Of a stretch of DNA of 64,000 nucleotides, positions 9,571-19,196 are shown piece by piece. The DNA lies in assembly GCA_036735985.1 (NCBI GenBank), contig DAINNH010000001.1, forward strand, positions 39,735 to 103,734. Reading direction: 5' to 3'. Source of the stretch: Candidatus Alectryobacillus sp. (GTDB lineage: Bacteria > Bacillota_I > Bacilli_A > RFN20 > CAG-826). Below the pieces are notes generated by a model. The model saw nothing but the letters and a program-made list of their open reading frames with translations. It ran no database searches and was not told where the DNA came from. The translations under genes and the position numbers were made by a program. The first letter of the stretch is position 1; each line of letters begins with the position of its first letter.

Positions 9571-11106
9571 ATGAATGTATTAATTTCAATTTCTTATAAT
9601 GGAAGTGAGTTTAGTGGCTACCAATCCCAACCAAACAAACGAACAATTCAAGGTTGTTTGGAAGATGTTCTCAAGCAAATTTTTGGCAGTGAAATTAAAA
9701 CAATTTCCAGTGGTCGAACTGATGCTGGTGTCCATGCCTATAATCAATATGTTAATTTTAAAATTAATCATTACGATTTATCATTACTTCAATATAAGCT
9801 AAATAAGATGTTGCCAAATGATATTCGTGTTAATACAATACGCGAAGTTCCAGAAGGTTTTAATGCTCGTTTATCATGTGTTGAAAAGAAATATAAATAT
9901 GTTATACAGTTAGGGAGTCATAATCCTTTTAAAAACGGTCTTGTTTATGATTGTTATGATAAACTCAACAAAAATAAACTATTTAATATCGCTAAAGTAT
10001 TTGAAGGAAAACATAACTTTAAAAATTATACAAGTAAAACAGAGGATACCCGTGGATTTATAAGAGTAATTACTGATATAAAATTTGAGCAGTTTGTAGA
10101 TATTTTGGAAATTACTTTTATAGGCAGTGGTTTTATGAAATATGAAGTAAGGATGCTTGTTGGAAACATGCTTGCTTATGCAGCTGGAAAAATCACCCGC
10201 AAGGAAATAATTACTCGTTTAAACAACGACCAAAGAGACATTACAAATTATTGTGCACCAGCCTGCGGATTGTATTTAATGGATGTTAAATATATCTTAG
10301 ATAAGGGTATTACATATTGTTATCACACTCATACAAGTCGATGTGGACACGCAATAGGAACTGATGAAGAGTATGTTCTTCATGCTATTGATAATGGTTT
10401 TAAAAATTTAGGCTTTTCTGATCATGTGTTCTTAAAAGGAATACATCATCCGGGGATGCGTGGTGACTTTACGGAACTAGATGATTATGTTGATTCCATT
10501 AATAATTTAAAAGAAAAATATAAAGATAAAATTAAAATATACGTTGGCTTTGAAGCGGAATATAATCGAGAATTCATTGATGAATATAAAGAGTTGTTAA
10601 AAAACAAAATTGATTATTTAATACTAGGACAACATTGTTATTACGATGATGAAGGTAATGTTCACTGGTATACTAGAAGTCCAAATAACTTTGCAGATCG
10701 TGAAGATTATGTAAACGATTTAATTGAAGGTATGGCAAGTGGTCTTTTTACTTATGTATGTCACCCTGATTTATTTTTTCAAGGAATTAGTGAAGAAGAT
10801 CCAATTATTGATGAACTTTGTAAGCGCATCTGTGAAGCTTCATTGAAGTATGACATTCCACTTGAAATTAATTTAGGTGGTTGGAATTATTATGGACGTG
10901 TTACTTCAAAAGCCGGTAATTATAAACCATCACCATATCCAAATGAGAGATTTTGGAAAATTGCCAGTGCTTATCAATGTAAATGTGTTATCGGAGTAGA
11001 TGCTCATAACCCGTTAGACTTTGATAAATCGGCATTTGATTTAGCTTTTAAGCTTATAGATAAATTTGCTTTGAATTATATTTCTAATTTTAAAATTCAC
11101 AAATAA
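9571..11106 (+). CDS. truA: tRNA pseudouridine(38-40) synthase TruA fused to a C-terminal PHP (HisJ-type) phosphoesterase domain
   Basis: aa 1-~245: GRTDAGVHA, FMKYEVRMLVG (TruA). aa ~250-511: YHTHTSRCGH, GFSDH, GFEAEY, LGQHC, CHPD, GVDAHNP (full PHP metal-ligand set). One uninterrupted ORF. Confidence 0.85.
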   Translation: MNVLISISYNGSEFSGYQSQPNKRTIQGCLEDVLKQIFGSEIKTISSGRTDAGVHAYNQYVNFKINHYDLSLLQYKLNKMLPNDIRVNTIREVPEGFNARLSCVEKKYKYVIQLGSHNPFKNGLVYDCYDKLNKNKLFNIAKVFEGKHNFKNYTSKTEDTRGFIRVITDIKFEQFVDILEITFIGSGFMKYEVRMLVGNMLAYAAGKITRKEIITRLNNDQRDITNYCAPACGLYLMDVKYILDKGITYCYHTHTSRCGHAIGTDEEYVLHAIDNGFKNLGFSDHVFLKGIHHPGMRGDFTELDDYVDSINNLKEKYKDKIKIYVGFEAEYNREFIDEYKELLKNKIDYLILGQHCYYDDEGNVHWYTRSPNNFADREDYVNDLIEGMASGLFTYVCHPDLFFQGISEEDPIIDELCKRICEASLKYDIPLEINLGGWNYYGRVTSKAGNYKPSPYPNERFWKIASAYQCKCVIGVDAHNPLDFDKSAFDLAFKLIDKFALNYISNFKIHK

Positions 11107-11156
11107 TGTCAATAGGTGTAAAATATTTAAGATTTTCAAATTAAGGAGGAAAACTT

Positions 11157-11864
11157 ATGGGAAGACATTTCGAAGTCCGAGCTGCTGCAATGGCTGCAAC
11201 CGCAAAGAAAAAATCTGCTATTTATATGCGTGCTTCTAAAGAAATTTATATGGCCGCAAAGAGTGGAGTTCCTGATCCTGCAAGTAACCTAGCCTTAAGA
11301 AGTGCTATTGAAAAATATAGAAAAGATTGTCCACGTGATGTTATTGATAGAGCTATTAACAAAGCTAAAGGCGGCGACGCTGAATCTTACATTGCTGGAA
11401 GATACGAAGCTTTTGGCCCTGCTGGAAGTTTATTAATTATTGATACCTTAACCGATAACGTTAATCGTGCTTTAGTTGATGTTCGTACTGCTGTCACTCG
11501 TCGTGGTGGCCATTTAGGAAGTGTCAGTTATAACTTTACAATGACTGGTATTTTTGATTTTAAGGGTGATGAAGAATTAAAAAATAAGGTTGAAGAAGCT
11601 TTAATTTTAAATGATGTAAACGTTACTGAAATATCACTTGAAGATGGTTTCATTGAAGTGTTAGTTGATCCAAATGACTTCGAAAAAGGTAAGGAACAAT
11701 TAGATGCTTTAGGAATCACTGATTATGAGAATTCACAAGTAACATTAATTGCGAACGAAAGAATCACACTTGAAGGCGAAGAAAAAGAAAAATTCCAAAA
11801 CCTTTTAGATGCCCTTGATGAAGTGGCTGATGTCCAAGCCGTTTATCATAATGTCAATTTATAA
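11157..11864 (+). CDS. yebC: YebC/PmpR-family transcriptional regulator
   Basis: MGRHFEVRAAAMAATAKKKS..., IEKYRKDCPRDVIDRAINKAKG typical YebC N-domain; AAGGAGG SD. Confidence 0.85.
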   Translation: MGRHFEVRAAAMAATAKKKSAIYMRASKEIYMAAKSGVPDPASNLALRSAIEKYRKDCPRDVIDRAINKAKGGDAESYIAGRYEAFGPAGSLLIIDTLTDNVNRALVDVRTAVTRRGGHLGSVSYNFTMTGIFDFKGDEELKNKVEEALILNDVNVTEISLEDGFIEVLVDPNDFEKGKEQLDALGITDYENSQVTLIANERITLEGEEKEKFQNLLDALDEVADVQAVYHNVNL

Positions 11865-11921
11865 ATTATTGAATAAATACAACATTAAGTATATAATTTT
11901 ATAAAAAGGAGACGCATAATT

Positions 11922-12161
11922 ATGAACGAAATTACAAAGTCTTATGATAATTTATCTTGGATTATAAGAGTTATTCTTCAAATTTTCTTTGGTGGATTCA
12001 TTTCTTTCTTTTATCGTTTATTCAAATTATTAGGTGGAAAGATGAATGCTGGAGAATTAATCATTTGGATTATTTTCTTCTTCTTCTTTTCTATTATTCT
12101 TTGGTGGATTGACTTAGTTACAGTCATTCTTGGCAAAGGAATCTGCTTCTTAGTTAAATAA
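11922..12161 (+). CDS. Small 2-TM membrane protein (possibly TM2-domain-like)
   Basis: 79 aa, two hydrophobic segments; ILWWIDLVTVILGKG resembles the TM2-domain W-x-D motif; AAGGAG SD; followed by terminator. Confidence 0.45.
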   Translation: MNEITKSYDNLSWIIRVILQIFFGGFISFFYRLFKLLGGKMNAGELIIWIIFFFFFSIILWWIDLVTVILGKGICFLVK

Positions 12162-12170
12162 TAATGAAAG

Positions 12171-12203
12171 AAAAAAGCCACTTGAAAAAGTGGCTTTTAT
12201 TTA
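12171..12203 (+). terminator. Intrinsic terminator
   Basis: Stem AGCCAC / GTGGCT (12176-12181 / 12190-12195), 8-nt loop, T-run. Confidence 0.6.
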
Positions 12204-12311
12204 TGCCATTTTTCCCATTTTTTCCTATATGTTTTACTTTAATTGTGCTTTTTAAATAAATAGTTTCATTTATGTTTTTAAATGTATATTTAAAGGTTAA
12301 AATATTAGCAT

Positions 12312-13100
12312 ATGAGTTTATTTGTTTTTGATCTTGATGGGACTTTAATTGACTACGATTTAATCTTAAAGCCCGAAACAATAAATGCTCTTAACTTGCT
12401 TCTTGAAAAAGGACATGTTGTTTGTTTTGCAAGTGGTCGTCCTTTTGCAGGAGCTATGAAGTTTATGCAACATTTAAAGGATGGCAAAAAGTATTTAGTA
12501 ACATCCAATGGTGCAGTAACATATACCTTTGATGGGACAGTTATTGGTAGTCATTATATAAAAATGCAAGACTACATTGATATATATAATCGATATCATG
12601 ATAATCCTGATTTTTGCATAATGATTTATCAAAATAATATGATTGGTTACACTTCAAATAAACGCTATGTTGATATCGAAATGATATCGAATTCGATTGA
12701 TTCTTTTTATATAGATATTAGCAAAGTTAATCCAAATGAAAATATTGAAAAAGTAATGATTGAGTCGCATTTATTTGTTAGCGATGATATTGTTTTACCT
12801 GAAGATTATTATGACAAATACAATATTGTTAAAGGCTCTCCACATTTTTTGGAGTTTACAAATAAAGTGGCTGATAAATCAATTGGCGTTGAAGATTTAA
12901 GAAAATTTCTTAATATTGACAAAAAAGATGTCTATACTTTTGGTGACTCTGGAAATGATTATTTAATGCTAAAAAACTTTAATGGAATTTGCATGGAGAA
13001 TGGGTTTCCCGAATGCAAGAAAGTGGCAAAATATGTCACAAAATCTATTAGAGAAAATGGTGTTATTTATGCATTAAAGGATATTTTAAAAGTAATATAG
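12312..13100 (+). CDS. Cof-type HAD-IIB sugar-phosphate phosphatase
   Basis: FVFDLDGTLI motif I, SGRPF motif II, FGDSGNDYLML motif IV. Confidence 0.8.
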   Translation: MSLFVFDLDGTLIDYDLILKPETINALNLLLEKGHVVCFASGRPFAGAMKFMQHLKDGKKYLVTSNGAVTYTFDGTVIGSHYIKMQDYIDIYNRYHDNPDFCIMIYQNNMIGYTSNKRYVDIEMISNSIDSFYIDISKVNPNENIEKVMIESHLFVSDDIVLPEDYYDKYNIVKGSPHFLEFTNKVADKSIGVEDLRKFLNIDKKDVYTFGDSGNDYLMLKNFNGICMENGFPECKKVAKYVTKSIRENGVIYALKDILKVI

Positions 13101-13112
13101 GAGGAAGTCCTT

Positions 13113-14513
13113 ATGAACTATGAAGAATTATATACAATGATTACATTAGATGAATTATTACAAATAGTTGAATCAAAGAATTATGCAAAATTAAGAGAAG
13201 TTTTTGAAAAATATAAAGAAGTCGATTTAGCTGAAATTGTTGAGCAATTTGAAAAAATTGAAGATGTTATTTTGATTTTTAGAGTAGTTAAATCTGAACA
13301 TACAGCTGAATTATTTGCTTATCTTTCTCCTTCAATGCAAGAAAAATTAATTGCAGCGATGAGCGATAAAGAAGTTATAACCTTAACAGAAGCCTCTTCG
13401 ACCGATGATATCGTTGATTTCTTACAAGATATGCCAGCTAATGTTGTGGCTAAAGTATTAAAAAACGCCGCACCGGATACACGATCTGCTATTAATCATT
13501 TGTTAAATTATAAAGACAATACAGCCGGTTCAATTATGACAACCGAATTTTTGGCAATGCTTGCTAGTACACAGGTAAGTGATGCTATAAAAGTTATTCG
13601 TGATAAAGGTAGAGAAGCCGAAACTATTTACACTATTTTTTGCCGAGATGAAAAGAGAAATTTTCAAGGAACTGTTGACCTCGATGATTTAATATTTGCT
13701 AAACCAGAGCAAAAATTAAGTGAAATAATGAACACTAATTTTGTTACGGCTAATGTTAATAACGACCAAGAGGAAGTAGCTAATCAATTTAAACGTTACG
13801 ACCTTAACTCAATGGCTGTTTTGAATGATGAAAACAAATTGATTGGTATTATTACTATTGATGATATCGTTGATGTTATTGATAAAGAAGCCAGTGAAGA
13901 TATTTCTTTCCAAGCCGGTGTCTCGCCATTAAAAGATAGTTATCTTGAAACTCCTATTTTTAAAATGGCTGTAAAGCGACTTCCTTGGATTATTATTTTA
14001 CTTGTTTTAGGCATGTTTTCTTCTATTATTTTATCATTTTTCCAAGATGAGATTTCTGTTGTCCCTGTTCTTGCCGCATTTATACCTGTTTTAATGGATA
14101 CTGGCGGTAATGCTGGATCACAAACTACTGCATTAATGGTTAGAAGCTTAGCTCTTGATGAATTTAAAAAAGGCGATGATAAAAGAGTTATATGGAAAGA
14201 AACAAGAGTTGCATTTATAGTTGCAACTTGTGTTTCGATTTTCTCATTTTGCTGGTTCTTGTTTGAAATGTCAGTAAAATTAGTTAATCCAGGCGGTGCT
14301 AACATCTATGAAGTGGCAGGCTTAGTTTCTATAACACTATGGTTTACAGTTATGCTTTCTAAATTGGTTGGATGTATCTTACCTTTATTAGCGAAGAAAT
14401 TAAACAAAGATCCTGCTTTAATGTCGTCCCCATTCTTAACAACAATCGTTGATATTTGTTCGTTATTAATTTACTTCTTTATCGTTACTCAAGTTTTCCA
14501 TATGATAAAATGA
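13113..14513 (+). CDS. mgtE: Magnesium transporter MgtE
   Basis: N-domain, two CBS-like segments, C-terminal TM domain with PVLMDTGGNAGSQT signature. Confidence 0.9.
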   Translation: MNYEELYTMITLDELLQIVESKNYAKLREVFEKYKEVDLAEIVEQFEKIEDVILIFRVVKSEHTAELFAYLSPSMQEKLIAAMSDKEVITLTEASSTDDIVDFLQDMPANVVAKVLKNAAPDTRSAINHLLNYKDNTAGSIMTTEFLAMLASTQVSDAIKVIRDKGREAETIYTIFCRDEKRNFQGTVDLDDLIFAKPEQKLSEIMNTNFVTANVNNDQEEVANQFKRYDLNSMAVLNDENKLIGIITIDDIVDVIDKEASEDISFQAGVSPLKDSYLETPIFKMAVKRLPWIIILLVLGMFSSIILSFFQDEISVVPVLAAFIPVLMDTGGNAGSQTTALMVRSLALDEFKKGDDKRVIWKETRVAFIVATCVSIFSFCWFLFEMSVKLVNPGGANIYEVAGLVSITLWFTVMLSKLVGCILPLLAKKLNKDPALMSSPFLTTIVDICSLLIYFFIVTQVFHMIK

Positions 14514-15358
14514 AATACTTAACTGGAATAAACATTACAACAAATAAAGATAACCATGAATTTGATGGTTATCCTTTAATTACAAGAAAATCAGATTATA
14601 AAAGTGATTTATCTGATTTGGTTAAAGCCAAAAAAGATTATAAAAAGTATTTTAAGTCTAATTTTTATTATGCGCTTTATGCTTTTTTAATTTTGACAAT
14701 TGCTATTATTTATACTCTTATTAGAACAATGCACAAACAGAATATAGATTTTCCAACGCTAGTGTCACGTTATCTTTATCTTGTAATTACTTGTTCCATA
14801 TGTGCTGCTTTTGTTGTGATATTTATTATCATAATTTTAATATTAAGGAATCGCGGCAATAAATTAAATATTCAAAAAACCTACGATTCGGCTTTAAAAA
14901 GGCAACAAGAAGATATAGATAAAGAACTCAATCTTCCAAAAACTTATTCAAAAATTGACTTATATGCTTTTAAATATCTAATTGAAAAAAATGAGCCAAA
15001 ATTTCTTTATTACAATATCGTAGAGTTTGCTTTATTTCGTAATGATGACGTTATAAATTTAGCGTCACAAGATTATACTTTTTCATTCAATTATCTAGCA
15101 ATTAAAGAAGTTGTTTATACTGATAAAAAGATATGGTTCGAAAGCTGGAACAAAATAGATGAACCGCAAAAATATGGTGTTTTTGCAGCGAAATATGGTA
15201 ATTCTTTAAAAGGTTTCTATGATATTTTAATTGATTATTATGGTGAGACATTTACTATACGAATTCCTATATATGATGGCGAAAATTTCTTTAGGACAAT
15301 TGGTTTGGATATTAAGAATTTTATTAGCAAAGACCAAGTTAATTTAAACAAAAAGTGA
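14510..15358 (+). CDS. Hypothetical 2-TM membrane protein
   Basis: ATGA overlap with mgtE stop makes ATG 14510 (MKYLTG) more likely than track start 14456; two hydrophobic helices then ~170-aa soluble domain; ends in triple stop TGA TGA TAG. Confidence 0.5.
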   Translation: MKYLTGINITTNKDNHEFDGYPLITRKSDYKSDLSDLVKAKKDYKKYFKSNFYYALYAFLILTIAIIYTLIRTMHKQNIDFPTLVSRYLYLVITCSICAAFVVIFIIIILILRNRGNKLNIQKTYDSALKRQQEDIDKELNLPKTYSKIDLYAFKYLIEKNEPKFLYYNIVEFALFRNDDVINLASQDYTFSFNYLAIKEVVYTDKKIWFESWNKIDEPQKYGVFAAKYGNSLKGFYDILIDYYGETFTIRIPIYDGENFFRTIGLDIKNFISKDQVNLNKK

Positions 15359-15450
15359 TGATAGCTATTGTTTTTTATATAATCATAAAAAGTGAATATG
15401 TTTTGTTCAAATTTTATGAAATTATGTCTCAAAGAAGGTCTTATATTTTG

Positions 15451-15478
15451 TTGACTTTAGGAAATATTATTATATAAT
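15451..15478 (+). promoter_or_regulatory. Sigma-A-type promoter for rplM-rpsI
   Basis: TTGACT (15451-15456), 16-nt spacer, TATAAT (15473-15478); ~75-nt leader before rplM could hold an r-protein leader structure (not resolved). Confidence 0.55.
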
Positions 15479-15556
15479 AATAATCGGCTTTATTGCGATG
15501 TATTGAATTCCCGGTAAGAATACAAAACATATTGCTAATAAAGGAGAAAGTTATTT

Positions 15557-16015
15557 ATGCAACGTCAAACAACTCTCGTCAAACCAGCAGAAGCTAGCAA
15601 GAAAGTTTGGTATCTTGTTGATGCCAAAGACAAGCCAATGGGCCGTGTCGCTAGCGAAGTCGCTATGATCCTTATGGGTAAAAATAAAGTTAATTATACC
15701 CCTAATGTTGATTGTGGAGATTTTGTTATCGTTATCAATGCTAAGCATGTTGCGTTTACAGGCGACAAATTGAATCAAAAGAAGTATTACAATGTTTCAA
15801 CCTATAATGGTGGTCTTAGAACAAGAACGGCCAATGAAATGATTGAAAGATTCCCAGAAGAATTGGTCAGAAGAACAGTTTGGGGTATGCTTCCAAAAGG
15901 AAGATTAGGAAGACAAATGATTGGAAAATTATTTGTATACCCAGAAGAAAAACATGAACAAGGCGCTCAAAACCCAGTCGTTTATGAGTTCCGCTACTTA
16001 GGAGGTAATAAATAA
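15557..16015 (+). CDS. rplM: 50S ribosomal protein L13
   Basis: [30 protein letters not shown] motifs; AAGGAG SD. Confidence 0.95.
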   Translation: MQRQTTLVKPAEASKKVWYLVDAKDKPMGRVASEVAMILMGKNKVNYTPNVDCGDFVIVINAKHVAFTGDKLNQKKYYNVSTYNGGLRTRTANEMIERFPEELVRRTVWGMLPKGRLGRQMIGKLFVYPEEKHEQGAQNPVVYEFRYLGGNK

Positions 16016-16416
16016 TGGCTACTTCAAAGAAAAATGCAGTTTATTACGGTACTGGTAGAAGAAAAGCATCCATTGCTAGAGTTTATGTCAAGCCAGGCAA
16101 AGGCAAAATTACTGTTAACGGAAAAGATGTTAACGAGTATATGCCACATGCTACTCTTGTCTTAGACTTAAAACAACCATTAACCTTAACTGACACAACC
16201 GAAAAATTCGATGTCGAAGCTATCACAATGGGTGGTGGATTTACAGGTCAAGCCGAAGCTATTCGCCTTGGCATCGCTCGTGCTCTTCTTGAAGCTGGCT
16301 GCGATCGTAAGACTCTTAAAGTTGGAGGTATGTTAACACGTAACTCCAGAGTTAAAGAAAGAAAGAAATACGGTCTCAAAAAAGCTCGTCGTGCACCACA
16401 ATTCTCAAAACGTTAA
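16015..16416 (+). CDS. rpsI: 30S ribosomal protein S9
   Basis: [14 protein letters not shown]..., C-terminal [12 protein letters not shown]; TAATG overlap with rplM. Confidence 0.95.
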   Translation: MATSKKNAVYYGTGRRKASIARVYVKPGKGKITVNGKDVNEYMPHATLVLDLKQPLTLTDTTEKFDVEAITMGGGFTGQAEAIRLGIARALLEAGCDRKTLKVGGMLTRNSRVKERKKYGLKKARRAPQFSKR

Positions 16417-16447
16417 TTCGTTTCTGGATTATTGTATCTGCTATACA

Positions 16448-16476
16448 AACCTCCAAGTTTTCTTGGAGGTTTTTGT
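16448..16476 (+). terminator. Intrinsic terminator after rpsI
   Basis: Stem CCTCCAA / TTGGAGG (16450-16456 / 16463-16469) followed by TTTTTGTT. Confidence 0.7.
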
Positions 16477-16545
16477 TATTATTTTGAAAAATACTCTAAA
16501 AATATCAATACTAATCATTGTTAAATGGGAAAACAAGGGAATATT

Positions 16546-16574
16546 TTGCAATTTAGACCTAATTTTTATATAAT
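16546..16574 (+). promoter_or_regulatory. Promoter of the leuS leader
   Basis: TTGCAA (16546-16551), 17-nt spacer, TATAAT (16569-16574). Confidence 0.6.
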
Positions 16575-16580
16575 CATTAT

Positions 16581-16778
16581 GTCGAGAAACTAATTCATTA
16601 TTGGCTCTTTAGAGAGTTGCTGGTTGATGTAAAGCAATGTGTTAAAAATGAAATCTCATTTCTATTAAAACGACCGCTATCTTGCGTTAAAAGATTAAAT
16701 GAGTGTATCTTTAAAAGATAAATTAAGGTGGTACCACGAGTAAAAGCGTCCTTATGGTTATAAGGATTTTTATTTTTT
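16581..16778 (+). promoter_or_regulatory. T-box leader (tRNA-Leu responsive) with terminator/antiterminator
   Basis: AGAGAG box (16611-16616), conserved T-box AATTAAGGTGGTACCACGAG (16721-16740), terminator CCTTAT/ATAAGG + T-run (16750-16778); GAAAT-CUC-A at ~16650-16658 fits a Leu CUC specifier (tentative). Confidence 0.8.
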
Positions 16779-16795
16779 TATAAAGGAGAAAAGTT

Positions 16796-19195
16796 ATGTA
16801 CGATTACAAAAACATTGAATTAAAGTGGCAAAAAATTTATGAAGAAAAGAAGCCGTTCTATTGTGATGTTTATGATTTTAGCAAACCTAAATATTACATT
16901 CTAGACATGTTCCCGTACCCATCAGGTCAAGGATTACATGTAGGCCATCCAGAAGGCTATACGGCAACAGATATTTTGGCAAGAATGAAGAGAATGCAAG
17001 GTTTCAATGTTCTTCATCCAATGGGCTGGGATGCTTTTGGTTTGCCTGCTGAACAATACGCTATTAAGATGAATGAACATCCAGAAGGATTTACACGTCG
17101 CAATATCGAGAATTTTAAAAGACAAATTAAAATGCTTGGTTTTTCATATGATTGGTCAAAAGAAATTGCTACTTGTGATGTGAAATATTACAAATGGACA
17201 CAATGGATTTTTACCGAGCTTTATAAATCTGGTTTAGCCTATAGTGATGATCGACCAGTTAATTTCTGTCCTGAGCTTGGTACTGTATTATCAAACGAAG
17301 AAGTTATTGATGGAAAATCTGAGCGTGGTGGCTATCCTGTTATTCGTAAACCAATGAGACAATGGGTTTTAAAAATTACGGATTATGCTGACAAATTGCT
17401 TTCAGGTTTAGACGATCTTGATTGGCCAGCTTCAACTATTGAAATGCAACGCAATTGGATTGGAAAATCTGTTGGTGCTGAAATTACTTTTGCTGTTAAA
17501 GGCACAGATAAAACGTTTGATGTTTTTACAACTCGTGCTGATACTTTATTTGGTTGTACTTATGTTTGCTTAGCTCCGGAACATCCTTTAGTTAAAGAAA
17601 TTACTACTAAGGAATGCAAAGCGAATGTTGAGGCTTTTATTGATGAAATGTCGAGAAAATCAGATCTTGAAAGAACTGAACTTAACAAAGAAAAGAAAGG
17701 CGTCTTTACTGGTAGCTATGCTATTAATCCTATTAATAACAAAGAAGTTCCAATTTATATTGCGGACTATGTCTTAGGCGGTTATGGAACTGGCGCTGTT
17801 ATGGCTGTTCCGGCCCATGATGATCGTGATTATGCTTTTGCTAAGAGTAACAATCTCCCTATGATTCAAGTCTTAGAGGGTGATATTTCACAACAAGCCA
17901 TGACTGGAGATGCAAAACATATTAATTCAGAATTTGCAAACGGTCTTGATATTGCAAATGCAAAAGAAAAAATCATTGCCGATCTTGAACGAATGGGAAA
18001 AGGTAAGAAAAAAATCAATTATAAATTACGTGATTGGCTGTTCTCGCGTCAAAGATATTGGGGCGAACCAATGCCTATTATTCACCTTGATAATGGAGAA
18101 ACATATTGTCTTTCATTAGATGAATTACCATTAGTTTTGCCAGAACTTGATGAGTATAAACCAAGCGGAACTGGGGAATCACCTCTTATTCATGCCACAA
18201 ATTGGATGAACGTAACAGTTGATGGCGTTCATGGATTAAGAGAATCGAATACAATGCCACAATGGGCAGGTTCTTGCTGGTATTATATTCGCTATTTGGA
18301 CCCAAATAATGATAAAAACTTTGCAGATCCTAAGTTAATTGAACATTGGTTACCGGTTGACCTTTATATTGGTGGACAAGAGCATGCTGTTTTACATTTA
18401 CTTTATGCACGTTTTTGGCATCACTTCCTATATGATAAAGGATATGTAAAATGTCCAGAGCCATTCAAAAAATTGTTCCATCAAGGAATGATTTTAGGCA
18501 CAAATGGCGAAAAGATGTCAAAATCTCGTGGTAATGTTATAAATCCTGATGAGATTGTTGAAAATTATGGAGCCGACACTTTACGTTTATATGAAATGTT
18601 TATGGGTCCACTTGAGGCTTCGCTTCCATGGTCAACGCAAGGCTTAGAAGGTTCTCAACGTTTTATAGATCGTGTTTATCGTGCTTTCTTTGATGAAAAT
18701 ATGATTGCTAAGTATAAAGATAGCAACGATGGTGAATTAGATTACAGTTACAATTTCCTTGTTAAGAAAGTAACAAGTGATTTTGAAACACTTAAATTCA
18801 ATACGGCTATTTCACAAATGATGATATTTATTAATGATGTTTATAAAGCTAAAGAAATATATCGTCCTTATATGGAAAATTTTGCAAAAATGTTCTCTTG
18901 TATTTGTCCATTTGTTGGTGAAGAATTTTATCAAAAACTTGGTCATTGTGATTTAATTACATATGCTCCATGGCCAACTTATGATGAAAGTAAGACTAAA
19001 CTTGATACCATTACAATCGCAGTTCAAGTTCTTGGCAAACTTCGTGGTACAATCGAAATTACTAAAGATGAGGATCAAGCGAGTGTAATCGCTAAAGCTG
19101 AAGCTCTTGAGAGTGTTGTTAATAATACTAAAGGCAAAACAATCGTAAAAGTAATTTATGTTCCTAATAAGATTGTAAATATTGTGGTGAAATAA
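16796..19195 (+). CDS. leuS: Leucine--tRNA ligase
   Basis: [16 protein letters not shown] (HIGH), KMSKSRGN (KMSKS), full length 799 aa. Confidence 0.95.
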   Translation: MYDYKNIELKWQKIYEEKKPFYCDVYDFSKPKYYILDMFPYPSGQGLHVGHPEGYTATDILARMKRMQGFNVLHPMGWDAFGLPAEQYAIKMNEHPEGFTRRNIENFKRQIKMLGFSYDWSKEIATCDVKYYKWTQWIFTELYKSGLAYSDDRPVNFCPELGTVLSNEEVIDGKSERGGYPVIRKPMRQWVLKITDYADKLLSGLDDLDWPASTIEMQRNWIGKSVGAEITFAVKGTDKTFDVFTTRADTLFGCTYVCLAPEHPLVKEITTKECKANVEAFIDEMSRKSDLERTELNKEKKGVFTGSYAINPINNKEVPIYIADYVLGGYGTGAVMAVPAHDDRDYAFAKSNNLPMIQVLEGDISQQAMTGDAKHINSEFANGLDIANAKEKIIADLERMGKGKKKINYKLRDWLFSRQRYWGEPMPIIHLDNGETYCLSLDELPLVLPELDEYKPSGTGESPLIHATNWMNVTVDGVHGLRESNTMPQWAGSCWYYIRYLDPNNDKNFADPKLIEHWLPVDLYIGGQEHAVLHLLYARFWHHFLYDKGYVKCPEPFKKLFHQGMILGTNGEKMSKSRGNVINPDEIVENYGADTLRLYEMFMGPLEASLPWSTQGLEGSQRFIDRVYRAFFDENMIAKYKDSNDGELDYSYNFLVKKVTSDFETLKFNTAISQMMIFINDVYKAKEIYRPYMENFAKMFSCICPFVGEEFYQKLGHCDLITYAPWPTYDESKTKLDTITIAVQVLGKLRGTIEITKDEDQASVIAKAEALESVVNNTKGKTIVKVIYVPNKIVNIVVK

Positions 19196-19196
19196 T

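Noticed and set aside
13101-13112. M-box (Mg2+) riboswitch in front of mgtE
   Set aside because: Only 12 nt separate the upstream HAD phosphatase gene from mgtE (AGGAGG SD), so there is no room for the ~160-nt M-box.
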